Source: Oculina patagonica (Eukaryota). From it: a stretch of 64,000 bases of DNA. Both the position numbers and the translations under genes were made by a program. Positions 1 to 12,050 of the stretch are shown here, piece after piece (within the stretch, counting starts at the first letter, position 1; each line of letters starts with the position of its first letter). The stretch lies in NCBI RefSeq assembly GCF_052425735.1, contig NC_135766.1, forward strand, positions 16,864,001 to 16,928,000, read 5' to 3'. The notes under the pieces were generated by a model. The model was not told the DNA's origin. It saw nothing but the letters and a program-made list of their open reading frames with translations, and did no database searches.

Positions 1-1309
1 TTCCTCTATCGCATATTTATACAGCTCACAAGAAACATGTCATCAACCCTTGATGTGATACACAAGTGAATCCTATTAATTTTACCGACCATCAAAATGA
101 CCAAAGCACTGTACTGCCAGTGCACTCGAGAGAAATGAGTCTAAACTTCTTGAGAGTAACAAGACGCGGGTGGTAACTTACAGTTGACGGCACTGTACAC
201 TGTATGTAAATGGTTAACTCTACAAACACTTAACAACAATATGATCAATCGTACTAGCAGTGTTTTATGGGGCCTGCATGCTAAAAACCTATATTTGGTC
301 ATCCCCTACATGATATTTATATTTGTTTGTATAGTACTAACATAAGTCTTTCACAAGGTCTGAAGTGATTGTCGCTTAACTGTATAATTTTTAATGATAT
401 AATGTGATTGTAAAATATATGTTGTGGTTTAATTTTTTTATTGGTTTAAATTTTTCTAACCAGTTTGATTTTTTTTTATTTCCCTTTGTTTCAGATTATG
501 ATAATGAACATAAGACAATGAAAAATAAAAATCAAACTGGTTTGAACAATTTTAAACCAAAGAAAAAACTAAGCCACAACATCTATAAATAAGTGATCAG
601 TAATTGGCAGTAAATTATGTTATGTTTATTTCAAAATTCAATAACTACATGTATTCATGAGGGTGCAAACCAATCCCAGCACAGTATTCAGATCACATAC
701 ATGTACACAACTGTAAACCCCAATACAAATCAAACAATAGACTGAATTAACTTTTGATACAAACTCCTGCTCAGGTAATTTTTTTTTTTTACTTTTGATA
801 CAGATCTCTACCTAATCCCATAACTACTTTGCATTCAATTCATAGAATAAAGTAGAATAAAATATTCACGTCCGATGTGTAACACCCATACAGATCTCCT
901 ACTCATATTTTATCTACTACATAAACCAGCAGGAGTGCTTTATCAAGTTTAAAACATAAGTCACAGGTGAGTGTTTTAGACTTGATAGAGAACAGACTGC
1001 GAGTTTATTGAACGGCTTCAAAAACCTCTAATTAGTGTACATCTTTTCATTCTTGCACAGATGCTTAGATTTTGGGTTATTTTGGCCTAGAGAATTGAAC
1101 ATAAAATTTAGTTTAGTTCAAACTGAACAAAACCTCAAAATAATTATTAACAGTTGTCTAGCATAAAAAAACAACAAAGGAGTAGCAAAAATGTAAAAAT
1201 AACCAATGATGGTTTCTGCTGAAGAAGATTAAAACAGATTACAATTGACCAACTTGAAAAAAATTGCCTATTTTTTCAAGATGTGTTGTCCATGACATAG
1301 CTCCTTTAA

Positions 1310-1650
1310 AGATGAATTCCAATCCGTACTGCGCAATCTCGGCTGCAATGTTTATGTGAGCCCACACGAAGGAATGTTTACAAGCAAAACTAAAAATTCC
1401 GCATCAAACTTACCTTTTTCTTCATAATTAACGCCAGATATCCTTGCAGAACAAATAATAACGAATAGAGGAACCTTGACGCTATTTCAAACCGACTTTT
1501 CAGCTCATCGGAAATTCTTGAACGAAACGAACTGTAATGGCAGACTAAAAAACTTCATGTATGCTGTCACCGAAGTGTAACGTTTCAACGAATTCAAAAC
1601 AAAAACGAAAACAAACCCCGAGTCTGCGCAGTACGGACTGGAAATCAGCT
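1310..1650. mobile_element. MITE flanked by TTAA (Kolobok-like)
   Basis: ttaa-agatgaattccaatccgtactgcgca ... tgcgcagtacggactggaaatcagct-ttaa; imperfect ~26-bp TIRs. Confidence 0.7.
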
Positions 1651-1760
1651 TTAAAGAATTATAAATGGATTTTTGAAATGTATCATAAGTTATGGAACTT
1701 CTTGCAAACTTAGTTTAATAAAACTTTAAGCCTTAAACTTTCCCTAAATGTTTTTTAGCA

Positions 1761-2142
1761 TACCGTATTTATTTGATTAAACGCCGCCCTCGAATAAACG
1801 CCACATTTTAGAGCAGATGACGATGTGGCGTTTATTCGTATTATACATGTAGACTCAAAAAGCAAATGCAGTGAAATATCAAGTTTGAGCAAGCCTAAAA
1901 TAATTTTTTTCCTTGATGGTAACAATGTTTTAAGATATTGAAAGTGACTTTTAAGACAAGTACTACAAAATGTTCCTGTTTTCAAAGTTCAAATGTTCAG
2001 TTACCATACTGTTGTTTACAAGAAATAAATCAAATTTTAAATAAACGTCGCCCTCTCATAAACGCCACCCTCGAATAAACGCCGCACTGGAATCGCGAAA
2101 AATTTAATAAATGCCGCAGCGTTTATTCGAATAAATACGGTA
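1761..2142. mobile_element. TA-flanked MITE (Tc1/mariner-pogo-like)
   Basis: taccgtatttatt ... aataaatacggta TIRs with internal taaacgcc repeats. Confidence 0.75.
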
Positions 2143-2210
2143 GTTATCCTGCAAAGTATTACATTTTAATTGAATAATTAATTTTTTAATTTTCATTTTT
2201 GTATGTACAG

Positions 2211-2357
2211 CAGGCTCTAGGAGGTGACGAATGGGAGGAATGGGGGCAAGTGGAAGAATTCAGTGTGAAGGTTGAACCATCTTCCAACTCACAGCAGACA
2301 CCTGCTGAGGACGATCTCTTCCATGATATGACACCTGTCTTTCAAAAACCAAAGAAA
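2211..2357 (+). CDS. EBAG9: EBAG9/RCAS1-like internal exon (upstream exons not identified in the window)
   Basis: tgtacag acceptor and gtaagt donor; 49 codons QALGGDEWEEWGQVEEFSVKVE...DDLFHDMTPVFQKPKK, matching the EBAG9 motifs EW..W...SVK.E and D.F.DMTP..K..K. NAGNAG acceptor (cagcag). Confidence 0.88.
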
Positions 2358-3314
2358 GTAAGTACATTAAAATAAGTTATTGTAAATTAAAGCCACAAGT
2401 GTTTTACTGGAAAATAGACCACTCCAGGAGCCCATTACCGGATAGTGCAGCTTCCATATATTTGTGCAACAGCACTTTTACAGTTTAAGCTATTTTTAGC
2501 CAAGCTTATCCCGCGAAAATTATAAGTCAGCTGCTGCTTTTCGAGAAAAAAACTAAAATCATCCCTTAAATTGCTGTCAGAACACTCCAAAGAAGATTCC
2601 TCGCATGTGTGCGCATGCGCCATGTTAACTTCCCATGTAGACAAAGTACTGTAATTATGCACCAACAGTTTTACAAAATTGCTTGAGATTGTCTATCCCA
2701 AACCAATTAGCTGGAAAAATGATATCTAAAAATAACTTTTCTCACACACAACTGGGAGCCATGCCAAGCCGAACCACGCAGCCTGACCTTTATTAAAACA
2801 ATAACTCTAATACATCAAGAAAAAATTACTGAATCAAAAAAGACTCGCAATAAACTAAACAAAACAATATGAAGACACGAATCAAGCGAACGAAACTACA
2901 TGGTCCCTAAATGAAAACACAAACTCAATTGCCCCTAGAATTACTCCATGGGTGGGTGGGTGGGGGGTGTCAGGCAATGGCGGATGGCAAACGCAAAGTG
3001 AACCGTGAACGTCTCACGTGACCTGAAACCCCCCATACACTCGAACCCAGGCTCCCAGCCGTGTGGGAGAAAAACGTTTTCCGCTTCTTTCGTTCCTCAG
3101 CCAGCGGAAAACCACACTTCTCACACACAACTGGGAGCCATGCCAAGCCGAACCACGCAAAGGGACAACGCAAAGAGCGCAGAACAAATGAAAAAACCAA
3201 GCAAAACATGCATACGGCATGTGCGAAAAACTATGCTGTCAGTAAAAATGTAATGTTCACTAACTGAGCCGCTTGAACTGACAACTGAAAACTAGAACAA
3301 TGTCAATGTCCATT

Positions 3315-4418
3315 TCAAATTGATTTTGTAACAAGTAAAAGTGAGTCCAAGGTTTCCTTGACATAATTGTTCCGAGCCTTTTCACTGCGCCAACCTCCAT
3401 GTCTCTGAAAGAGTCTGTCTGGAACACCAAGAGCTGCTGCTGCAGAAGCTCCTCCTGAACGTAGGCTATGAAGTCCAAACTTTGAAGGGTCCAGACCTTC
3501 CTTGGACAGCTCCTTCTTAACCAGCTCCTTCGCTCGATTGTAAGACATACTCTCCTTCCGCAGTCGCACTCCCGTCTTGGTATTTGATACACGTCGAAAT
3601 AACAGAGAGCCCTTAGAATGGCTCGCAACTCTCAAGAACTTCTCAACAATCCCAACTGGGCAGGGAGGTGTACTGCAACGGGCTACAAAAACCCAGGATC
3701 CTTCACGAAACTGATCGTTCTTCCTTTTCTCCAGAAAGATTGCCACATGGGAATCAGCAAAATGAAAATTGTCTACCGTCAAATGGTGCAGGTCATCCCA
3801 TCGAAGGAAACCAAAGAAACCTAGGGAAAACAAGGCTGCCAACTGGAGGTCACCAAGGCTTCCTTTCTCAAGGCGACTGATCACTTTCCTCACCAGAGCA
3901 GAAGACAGGGGTTCCTTACGCTTAGCTGGTTTAGCCAGAATTCGCCTGGCAGCATCGACCACTTGCTTTACTACTAGATACTCACTCGGCTCTCGGTAGC
4001 CACTCTTTTTGTGGACCCAGCTCACACCGTACACTGCAGAATTAACCGAAGACACTGACCGGGTTTGCTGAATGAGATGAACAATGTACAGCGTAAACAC
4101 CACAGGATCGGCTGGCAGGAAAGCCGCATCGTGACGACTGGCCCACGACTTCCAGGAGCTATAAGCACGCAGATAAGTATTAACTGTTGATGCAGCCCGA
4201 TCTTGAACCAATACTGCTGGTAAGACCCTTGCTAGCTGCCGCAATTCTGGATGCTCAAATTGATCCTCGTGATACTCAGCTGGAAAGCTGACCTCTTCTA
4301 CCAAAGGTGGTACAGCTGCAACACAATGACAAACTTCATAAGAGCAGGAAAAAATCCAGTAAACACACATTTCCTCAACGGGAAGCAGAATCACGTGCAT
4401 GTAAACACTCTGAATCAT
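3315..4418 (-). CDS. DIRS tyrosine recombinase (intact ORF)
   Basis: N-terminal SAM-like region plus catalytic R (GFLRWDD), K (KNDQ), HSLRSGG, GGW and Y (NNYVK). Confidence 0.92.
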   Translation of the reverse strand: MIQSVYMHVILLPVEEMCVYWIFSCSYEVCHCVAAVPPLVEEVSFPAEYHEDQFEHPELRQLARVLPAVLVQDRAASTVNTYLRAYSSWKSWASRHDAAFLPADPVVFTLYIVHLIQQTRSVSSVNSAVYGVSWVHKKSGYREPSEYLVVKQVVDAARRILAKPAKRKEPLSSALVRKVISRLEKGSLGDLQLAALFSLGFFGFLRWDDLHHLTVDNFHFADSHVAIFLEKRKNDQFREGSWVFVARCSTPPCPVGIVEKFLRVASHSKGSLLFRRVSNTKTGVRLRKESMSYNRAKELVKKELSKEGLDPSKFGLHSLRSGGASAAAALGVPDRLFQRHGGWRSEKARNNYVKETLDSLLLVTKSI

Positions 4419-4756
4419 GGGTCCATAACACCACCGGCCACAACAGCCTTTTAGTGCCCATAACAGGCCTGAGAAGCCACAACAGCCAGTACAACCATAA
4501 CAGCAGGTAAAACAAACGGGCGCCTATGACAGGCTCACTTGCTGTGCCATAGCAGACTGAGAATTGATCACAGAACCAATAACAGCCTTTTGGTGCCCAT
4601 AACAGGCCTGAGATGCCAAAACAGCTGGAGAGCTCCATAACAGCAGGTTAAAACAAACAGCTTCCCATGACAGGCTCATTTGCTGCACATTAGCGGATTG
4701 ACAACCATGCCTTCACACAACACTGGAAACGCATGACGCAGAGGAAAGCACGCACC

Positions 4757-6868
4757 TCACGTCCCGACATGGGAGCCACAGAAGCACAGTTGAAGCGCCA
4801 ATAGTCCAAAAGGTGGCACACCGGTGGTGAAGACACAGCTGGCTGCTGCTCCTGGAATGAAGATGCCCTCATAGGGCTGGATCCTAATGGAGTTTGTTAC
4901 AAATCCTCTCTACGCACCAAGCTTGGTAATAAGCAGGGGCCACCAGGGTGCAGAGTGCCATTCTGGGACTAGCAGGGTTCCATCCTCACCACCTTCCAAC
5001 ATGTGACGCAAGACACGAGGAACCAGGTACGGTGGAGGAAACAGCCAATTGAAATCTCCTGCCCATGAGACAGTAAAGGCGTCAACAGCTTCACAACCAG
5101 GATTAAGGTATCGGCTACAAAACCTTTGCAGCTGCTTGGTCTTGACACTTGCAAACCGATCAACTGTGTGAGGGCCCAAACACTTGTCCAAGCGAGCAAA
5201 ACAGGAAGGATCGAGCATGTAGTCATTTGAATCTTCAATCCGCGACAGCTCATCAGCAACCCCGTTGAAATCCCTGCTGATCCATTCCACAGTAAGACGA
5301 ATGTTAAATTCTCTGCACAGCCTATAGATATTCACTGCTTCGTTGTGCAGGTCGGCTTTGCGGCTGCCTACAGACATGATGATTTCAGTGTTCTTGTTGT
5401 CCGTTCTGTGAAGAACCTCCTTGCCACATAGCTGGGGAGCAAAAGACTTCAGAACTAGGCCAGTTGCCTGCAATTCCCGGAAGGTGGAGCTCTTTTTACT
5501 CTCGTCAACTGACCAACTCCCCACTGCTGCCTGTCCACCAAGTTGAACTGCAAAGCCACCCCAACCAGAATCACTAGCATCCGAATAGGTCAGAACTTCA
5601 GGTCTAGGGCTTGAAGACCAAATCGGATAGCCCGCATTGCAGAAATTCTTCTGCCAAAAAGCGACCTCACCTTGGGCATCCGAAGATAACCGGACAGGGC
5701 TGTCCCATGAAGATGCCTGCAGGATGTCTCGATATAAGCTTCTGGTCCAAAGACGCACCACTGGGCCCAGCGCCAAACTCATGGAAGCCAAGAGCCCCGT
5801 AAACCGGGCTACCGTGCGTGCAGACACCACAAACTGGCGAGCTACCACATCTTGTAGCACCCGGGTAAAAGCATCTACCCTTTTTTGCGGGACCTGGAAT
5901 GTTCCATCATGTAAGTTCAGGATATATCCCAACAACTCTCCACATTGCACCGGCACCCACTGGCTCTTCTCATCATTTGCCACAAAACCGCTACTCCGCA
6001 CATCCTGGCGCACCACATTAGAGACCCGCTGGGCATCGCAGAAACTGGAATCCACCCCAGCGCCGTCATCCAGATACGTAAAAATACGAATTCCCTGCTT
6101 TCTCCAATGTTTCGTAAGGGCCTTCTGAATTTTAGTAAAGATAAAAGGACCAACTGAAAGGCCAAAAGGCAAAACAGTGAACTTAAAAAATTTAGGGGAA
6201 CCATCAACAATCCAAGAGCAACCAAGGAACTTTGTGTGTGCCGGAAAAATCTCCACATGATGGTATCCACTTGTATAATCAAACTTGAAAAACCAGTCAC
6301 CCTGCTGGAACAAATCAGCTGCCGTACGGATATCCTCATACTTGAATTTACACGATCTGAGATGTTGATTCACATAACGTAAGTCCACAATAAGCCTAGG
6401 TTTTCCCGAACTGTTCCTGGCAACGCCCAATGGATTGCACACAAGCAGGTCCACAGCATTTACTTCAACTAAAGCACCAGACTTCAACAGTTTAGATATC
6501 TCAGAGGACACAAACTCAGCGTTACATGACGTACTCTTGTGATTTCGAAAAAACTTCAACTCCGGTAACTCGACAAACGGCAAACAATAGCCCTCACGGA
6601 TAACTTTAATCAACCAGTTACTTGCACCGATACTCTGCCAGAAGGCAATGTTATCACGTAATCTACCTTTGACAACAACACAACTCGCAGTAGAAATCTC
6701 AACTAAGTCATTCTCATCAGCAAAATCAAGCAAATCACTTACTGAATTATCAATGTTTCGTAACAGAATGCTCTCGTCGAAAGGAGCACCGGTTCCCTCG
6801 GGAAATAGGTCTTCACTGCGTGGATTGTTGGTAACTGTTTGAGGACTGCACGACAACTCCTGTACCAC
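4757..6868 (-). pseudogene. DIRS ORF2: reverse transcriptase, RNase H and adenine-methyltransferase-like domain; in-frame TAG at 4910-4912
   Basis: LPFGL and YLDD (RT); YSDAS, RELQA, TDN, ADELSR (RNase H); TVDRFAS...DAF..SW...NWLFPP...VPEW.SAPWWP (MT-like). The frame continues past the TAG (probably TGG) as RGFVTNSIRIQ...LLALQLCF to TGA at 4757. Confidence 0.9.
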
Positions 6869-7673
6869 TCGGCACGTTGGCAGAGCGGCAATCCCTGGCG
6901 AAGTGCCCTGGCTTGTAGCAACGAAAACAGACCGACCGACTGTCCCGTGGCGTACCTTGTTTTCCCGCCACTAATGGCGTTGCGTAACTCGCGTTACGTT
7001 CGAGGATAACCCTCCTTTCCGACGAACGTGGAGGAACTCCCGACCCTTTCGGTCGCACAACCTTGGACGCCACAGCTTTCTTCTTCTCATCTCGCAGTTG
7101 CTTACTCTCCTTCACTGCCTTTCTAATCTTTTTCTCATCATCCGAGTCGCTCGCAAGCGGCTCGGCGGTATAACAAGCCACCGTATCCCATCCGTATTTT
7201 TCAGCGAGTAGGATGTGCTTATTTCTTTCCAAAAGCAAATCCTTACCTTCCGTTAACTTTAAGCCACGCTCTTCTTCACCAGTCGCTGCCAGCGCTTCAT
7301 CAATTCTATCTATGACCTCATTGTTCAGCTGGTACTGTTTCTTGTTGCCAGCAAAGCGAAATTCAGGCTCTGGTGCGCGGGGTTTCTGGCTGGTCTGCGA
7401 CTTTTAACTAGCCACTTCGCTCTGCAAGCGTTTTAACTCGGTGGCGTTGGCTTGCTGCTTCTTTAGAAGTTCCTTCGCCCAGTCTGGTGGATCAGAAGAA
7501 GCGTGGGGAGGCGAAGAACGAGCACAAGTACTGCTACTCGATTCGCCACGAGCACTCCGATCGCGATCCTCGCCACTTCGCCCAGATGAACTAGTCTTCG
7601 GGCTTTTGTTGTATGGCTCGAGCCTTTTAGCCGCTCTAGATTTCGAACGACAACTACCTGAACCCTTCGCCAT
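6813..7673 (-). pseudogene. DIRS ORF1 gag-like with CCHC zinc knuckle; one in-frame TAA at 7404-7406
   Basis: ORFs 7404-7679 and 6813-7238 share a frame. Read-through gives FRFAGNKKQYQLN...ERNKHILLAEKYGW...PLASDSDDEKKIRKA...CFRCYKPGHFARDC. Confidence 0.85.
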
Positions 7674-8158
7674 CAGCACAGCAGAAAAACGAGCGATGAA
7701 AACGGCCTAACAGAACAGCTACTGAAAATACAGGTCAGGCAATGGCGGATGGCAAACGCAAAGTGAACCGTGAACGTCTCACATGACCTGAAACCCCCCA
7801 TACACTCGAACCCAGGCTCCCAGCCGTGTGGGAGAAAAACGTTTTCCGCTTCTTTCGTTCCTCAGCCAGCGGAAAACCACACTACTTGTGAAAACACTGT
7901 TTCACAGACGCAGTATGGAAGTTGCTTGCTCCAAGTAATGGGCTCCCCTGACCACTCTTAAAAAATTAGTCACTGGAAACTGCATCCAGGGTACTCTGGG
8001 TGCCAGACAGTGTTATTTTCAGCAAAGCCGCTATCAGTGAACGCTATCACCACTACCACTGATAGCGGCTTCACCGCAAAAAAAAAGTGACACCCAGGGT
8101 ACATGTACATCAATCCAGGGCTGTAATGTCGTATTTTCCATATCCTCACTAGTGAGGA

Positions 8159-8641
8159 TACCGTAATGATTCGATTTAGCGCCCGGGCGCTTATTTACTT
8201 TTCGCATCTTAAGGGAGGGTGCTTATTCAAGACAGGGCGCTTATTTAATTTTTTTGCAACAACCAAATGTTCAAAACAAAACTTTAATAATTTTTTTTAA
8301 ATAACTAGCAATAACATAAACTGTAATGTCCAGTAACAAATTGTTGAAAGTTCAGTTACTTAAATACAGAATTGTTCATTTTAGCAGTAAATATTTACTT
8401 GTATGGTACGGTGAATGTCCATGAGTTTATCTTTTCGACATCGACGACTTCAGCAGGGTCAGTTAGCCACAGCAGGAGCACTTTTAAGAATAGGGGCGCG
8501 TATAAGAATGGGGGCGCTTATAAGAATGGGGGCACTTATTGAAATAGGGGCGCTTATTAACAAACACACTTTCGAAGGGGGGCGCTTATTCGGAAGGGGG
8601 CATTTATTGGAAGGAGGGCGCTTAATCGAATCATTACGGTA
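8159..8641. mobile_element. TA-flanked MITE
   Basis: taccgtaatgattcgatt ... aatcgaatcattacggta TIRs; internal ggggcgcttatt repeats. Confidence 0.78.
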
Positions 8642-8700
8642 TGTGTGCAGTTGTTTCATATATGTTGCTACATGACTAAGAAACATGGGTTTGTTTACAG

Positions 8701-8805
8701 ATTGTTGTCAAGAAGAAAAAGGTTCATTCTGATGAAAATTATCATGTACGAACAGAGAGTCCAGCAAGTCGTTTGAACTTTGATGTCAGTTATACCCCAG
8801 TAGAG
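8701..8805 (+). CDS. EBAG9: EBAG9/RCAS1-like internal exon
   Basis: ttacag acceptor and gtaagc donor, phase 0; IVVKKKKVHS...PASRLNFDVSYTPVE continues the previous exon as KK-IVVKK (EBAG9 QKIVIKK...SSRL). Confidence 0.85.
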
Positions 8806-9174
8806 GTAAGCTATTATCACAATAATTATTAATCAGTTTAAGTTATGTACCCTTGTGGAGGTGAGCCATTTTTTAGCAATTATCCTGTGAAATCATGGGG
8901 CATATTGCCTGTTACTTAGCCGACAAGGCAGTAGACCATGTTGGCTAAAATCAGATGATATACTGCAAGATAGAGCCAGATAACCTCTTTTACCCATAAT
9001 TATTCAACAAATTGCCAATAAAAGATATTTTACAGCTAAACTAAGTGTTGTCAGTAGTGCTTTGTAAGACTTCAGGGGAATGATTGCAACCAACCTGGTC
9101 TCTAACCCTGGCTGGGGTCATTACATGTACATTGTGTTCTTTAGCCAGACACTACTCTTGAGCCAATTTAAATT

Positions 9175-9500
9175 AGGGGGTGTTCTTCTTCAGGTGCCCC
9201 TTGATACGAGATGGCTTTCATGCACAGACAAAAAAAGCAAGTAACTGCATTGCCTTTACTGATTTGTCCAGCTTTTTGTGGCGCACTATGTCCACACAGT
9301 GCGCTTCCTTATCCCACTTCTTCATGTGGGTTGATGACACCTCACCATTTTTGCCATACCCTTGCTGTGTCCCCCCACATTTCTCCATGTTGGCCTTTAG
9401 CATGTCCTTGTACATCTCCTCTGTCCACCCCGGCAGGTGCTTACCTCCCTTCAGTCCAGAGTAGAGGCCCTACTCCTCCATTCTGACCAGGTGACCTGTC
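9175..9500 (-). mobile_element. Decayed 3' fragment of an RTE-clade LINE
   Basis: Minus-strand translation HLVRMEE...LYSGLKGGKH.PG...YKDMLKANMEKCG resembles the RTE ORF C-terminus; flanked by SINE-like remnants. Confidence 0.5.
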
Positions 9501-9917
9501 CACTGGGGGTAACCCTGGGATGGACCAGTATCTGTTGAGCTGGGGGGGGGGGGGGGGAGGGGGGATTGAAAGGGAGCAGTATGGCCTTGGCCCGAAACAA
9601 AGTTTCTATAAGAAGTTACAACACGAACTCCAAAACTGTTATTTTTGAAACATATAGGGGGATAGGTGTTAAATTTTAGAATGTGACAAAATTTAATGAG
9701 GCTTAATGGAATTAAGGTAAGGTTAAATCCAAGACACCAACATTATTTGGGTGTTCCAGGGAGGTTTGCAGGGGCACTGCCATGTGCCAGTTGGGATTTT
9801 TAACAAGTTTCTTTTTGATTTATAGCACTTGTTTCTCTATTATGTACAGAGCAGTGCTAAACACCTTGACACTTAAATAAAGTGATTTATTTTACTTTAT
9901 TTTATTTATTTTATTAG

Positions 9918-10145
9918 CCTGAGCTGGGAACGTGGAATGACGAATCCATGACAGCCTGGGACGAGGAAGCTGTCTCAGAAAAGGACATTGAATGGCAAAC
10001 AGAGAAATTAATGAAAGAGAGAAAGCAGGCTGAGAGAGAACGGCGAGCTATTGAACAGCAAAGAAGGAAAGAAGAAAGGGAAGCACATAAGCACATGGAG
10101 AAAAAATCACATGGACACCTTGGAGTTCGACTGTCATCATCATAA
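9918..10145 (+). CDS. EBAG9: EBAG9/RCAS1-like last coding exon (C-terminal coiled coil)
   Basis: T-rich ttattag acceptor; PELGTWNDESMTAWDEE...EWQTEKLMKERKQAERERRAIEQQRRK...LGVRLSSS*, matching the EBAG9 C-terminus. Confidence 0.9.
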   Translation, partial: PELGTWNDESMTAWDEEAVSEKDIEWQTEKLMKERKQAERERRAIEQQRRKEEREAHKHMEKKSHGHLGVRLSSS

Positions 10146-10933
10146 CAAATGTGGAATTATTTTGTGGTCGATGCTCAAGACTCATCTGCGCAATAGAGGG
10201 ATGTAGTGTAATGTATATTAAATTGGTGAGGAATCGTTCGCGGCGGGTCCTTTAGTGTGGATTTAGAGAAGTTGTCTTATGGCTGAGCAGCCTTGTTTCC
10301 ACCTACTGTAGGCGTGAACAGCATAATGTTATAATAATGTCTGGGAAAGGATACACTCACATCCAGCCACAGCCAGCAGCTATAACGAAAATGAGGAATT
10401 GCTGTGTTTCTCTAACTGTATAGAGAACTTTTTACCATAAAACTTGTTGTCTTATAACCGAGAAGTAGTAATTGACAATCGGAGTTTACATGTTAGTTGT
10501 ACCTTATGAACGGACCATTAGAAGTAACCGGGGGAGGGTTAAAATTTTTCGTGCAGGCCTACTGGTCTGTAGTATTTTTTTTCTTCCATTGCACGAATGT
10601 TTTTTTTTAAGCACAACCGTTTGCAGGATTTTTTTTAGTCGAGTATCCCTTGCAGGAATTGTTTTGGAAAAGTCCCCCCCCCCCGGTTAGTTTTAATGGT
10701 CCGTCCCTTAACATTGCTACTCTAGCATAATTTAAACTAGTTTAAAAATGATGCTTAGGATATATTTACAAATTTATTATGGCTGCGTTGTACCTTTCTC
10801 TTTCGCAAACGGTGTCACCAGTATCGAATTTTTTTTGTACCATAAAGAATTGCACCTCTAGAATACTGCTAAAATTGTTCCCTTCCTTTACAAGTTTATA
10901 CAAGGTGTCTACCTTAATGGTCACATCTGTAAT

Positions 10934-11421
10934 CCGGGGTGGGGTGGGGGGGGGGGGTACTCCTATATATATGAGCTATATAGGTATGTGCTGCTGTAAA
11001 GGGTATAAATAAACAATAATAAATCAATATTAATATAACGCCTATCCAGTCCTGCTCTTGGCGCTTTACAATAATGTTAAAAAAAGTATGGTTTTCAAAC
11101 AGTTTAGTCTAGCATAGGGTATAGAAATCAGAGAGTTTTGGTCTAGAATAGGGTGTCATTTGCCGTAAAACAGATTGGTGGTAGGACGATTTAAGACCAG
11201 AATATGAATAGCAGCGTTGTTGACGGATGGTTTTCCATTAAAATGCTGATAGTGATACAGTTCTAAAAAAATGCAAGTCTGGGAAAGGGTAGGGATTCTT
11301 TGTGTCTAGTCTAGTTTAGGGTTGTAAAATCAGCTGAATATGGTCTACTATAGGGTAAAAGTTTCAAAGTCCCCAGCGGCACACCCCCGCCGTAAAATAT
11401 ACAGAGTGCCCCTCCCCTGGG
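10934..11421. mobile_element. MITE with G-rich and C-rich termini
   Basis: ccgggg...gggtactc start and gagtgcccctcccctggg end; internal gtctagaataggg-like repeats. Confidence 0.5.
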
Positions 11422-12050
11422 TCTATAACCCTGTCCCTAACCTAAGCATGAATCTAAATTAGGTCTAGTAATCGTCTTATTTAGGCTAAATATTATCTAA
11501 TTATTTCAGTAAGCACAGTTTTTGCCCAGTCCAGGTTAGAAACTATGGCAGAAATGGCATCGTCCATTACGAAAAGCTTGGTTACCAATGATGGCATCAA
11601 CCGTAAAAAATGGCATCGACTGTTTGCGAAAGGGAAATAAGCGACTGCAACCAGCAACGAAACAATGATAGATAGAGCATGGCTACAATAATACATTAGA
11701 ATACCGATTTCTTGAATCTCCTGATAACTCCAACTAAAAGTCGTTTCCTTTCTATTTGCTTCACTCAGTCAAACACTACAATTTTACCACCGATTTCTCA
11801 GGCAAATTTTCGTTTCTCTTCGAGGCTCGAGAAATCGGGATTTTACTGTAGTTCCAAATTTTAAATTGTCCGCTGTTTTAAAACCTAGAATAGCCTAACG
11901 TCTTAGCTTTTTTTTCAAAAAGTATCGAAAACAGTTTTGTCACTGTTGTTAAAGGAAAAACAGTAACTCACTATTATTTTTAAAAAAGCTACAAATTGGG
12001 AATGCTTTAAAGTTTGAAATGTGAATACAGAGTAACCGTTTTATTTCATA

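Larger units (their letters stand above)
2739..7883 (-). mobile_element. Full-length PAT-like (DIRS order) tyrosine-recombinase retrotransposon with split direct repeats
   Basis: A1 7734-7883 and A2 2969-3118 (150 bp, 1 mismatch); B1 3118-3159 and B2 2739-2780 (42 bp, identical). Order on the minus strand is A1-gag-RT/RH/MT-YR-B1A2-spacer-B2. No TSD. Confidence 0.93.
2415..7960. mobile_element. Old MITE split by the DIRS insertion (arms about 2415-2738 and 7884-7960)
   Basis: ggagcccattac...gcagcttccata (2428-2459) is the imperfect reverse complement of tatggaagttgc...gtaatgggctcc (7914-7947). Confidence 0.55.

Noticed and set aside
404-592. An EBAG9 exon near 496-592
   Set aside because: It has an acceptor-like tttcag but ends in a stop, has no donor and shows no EBAG9 similarity.
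3315-4418. Prophage integrase or bacterial contamination
   Set aside because: The YR is part of a gag/RT element inside a spliceosomal intron.
7404-7406. Programmed read-through of the gag TAA or the ORF2 TAG
   Set aside because: No supporting signal seen; copy-specific nonsense mutations are simpler. A family consensus would settle it.
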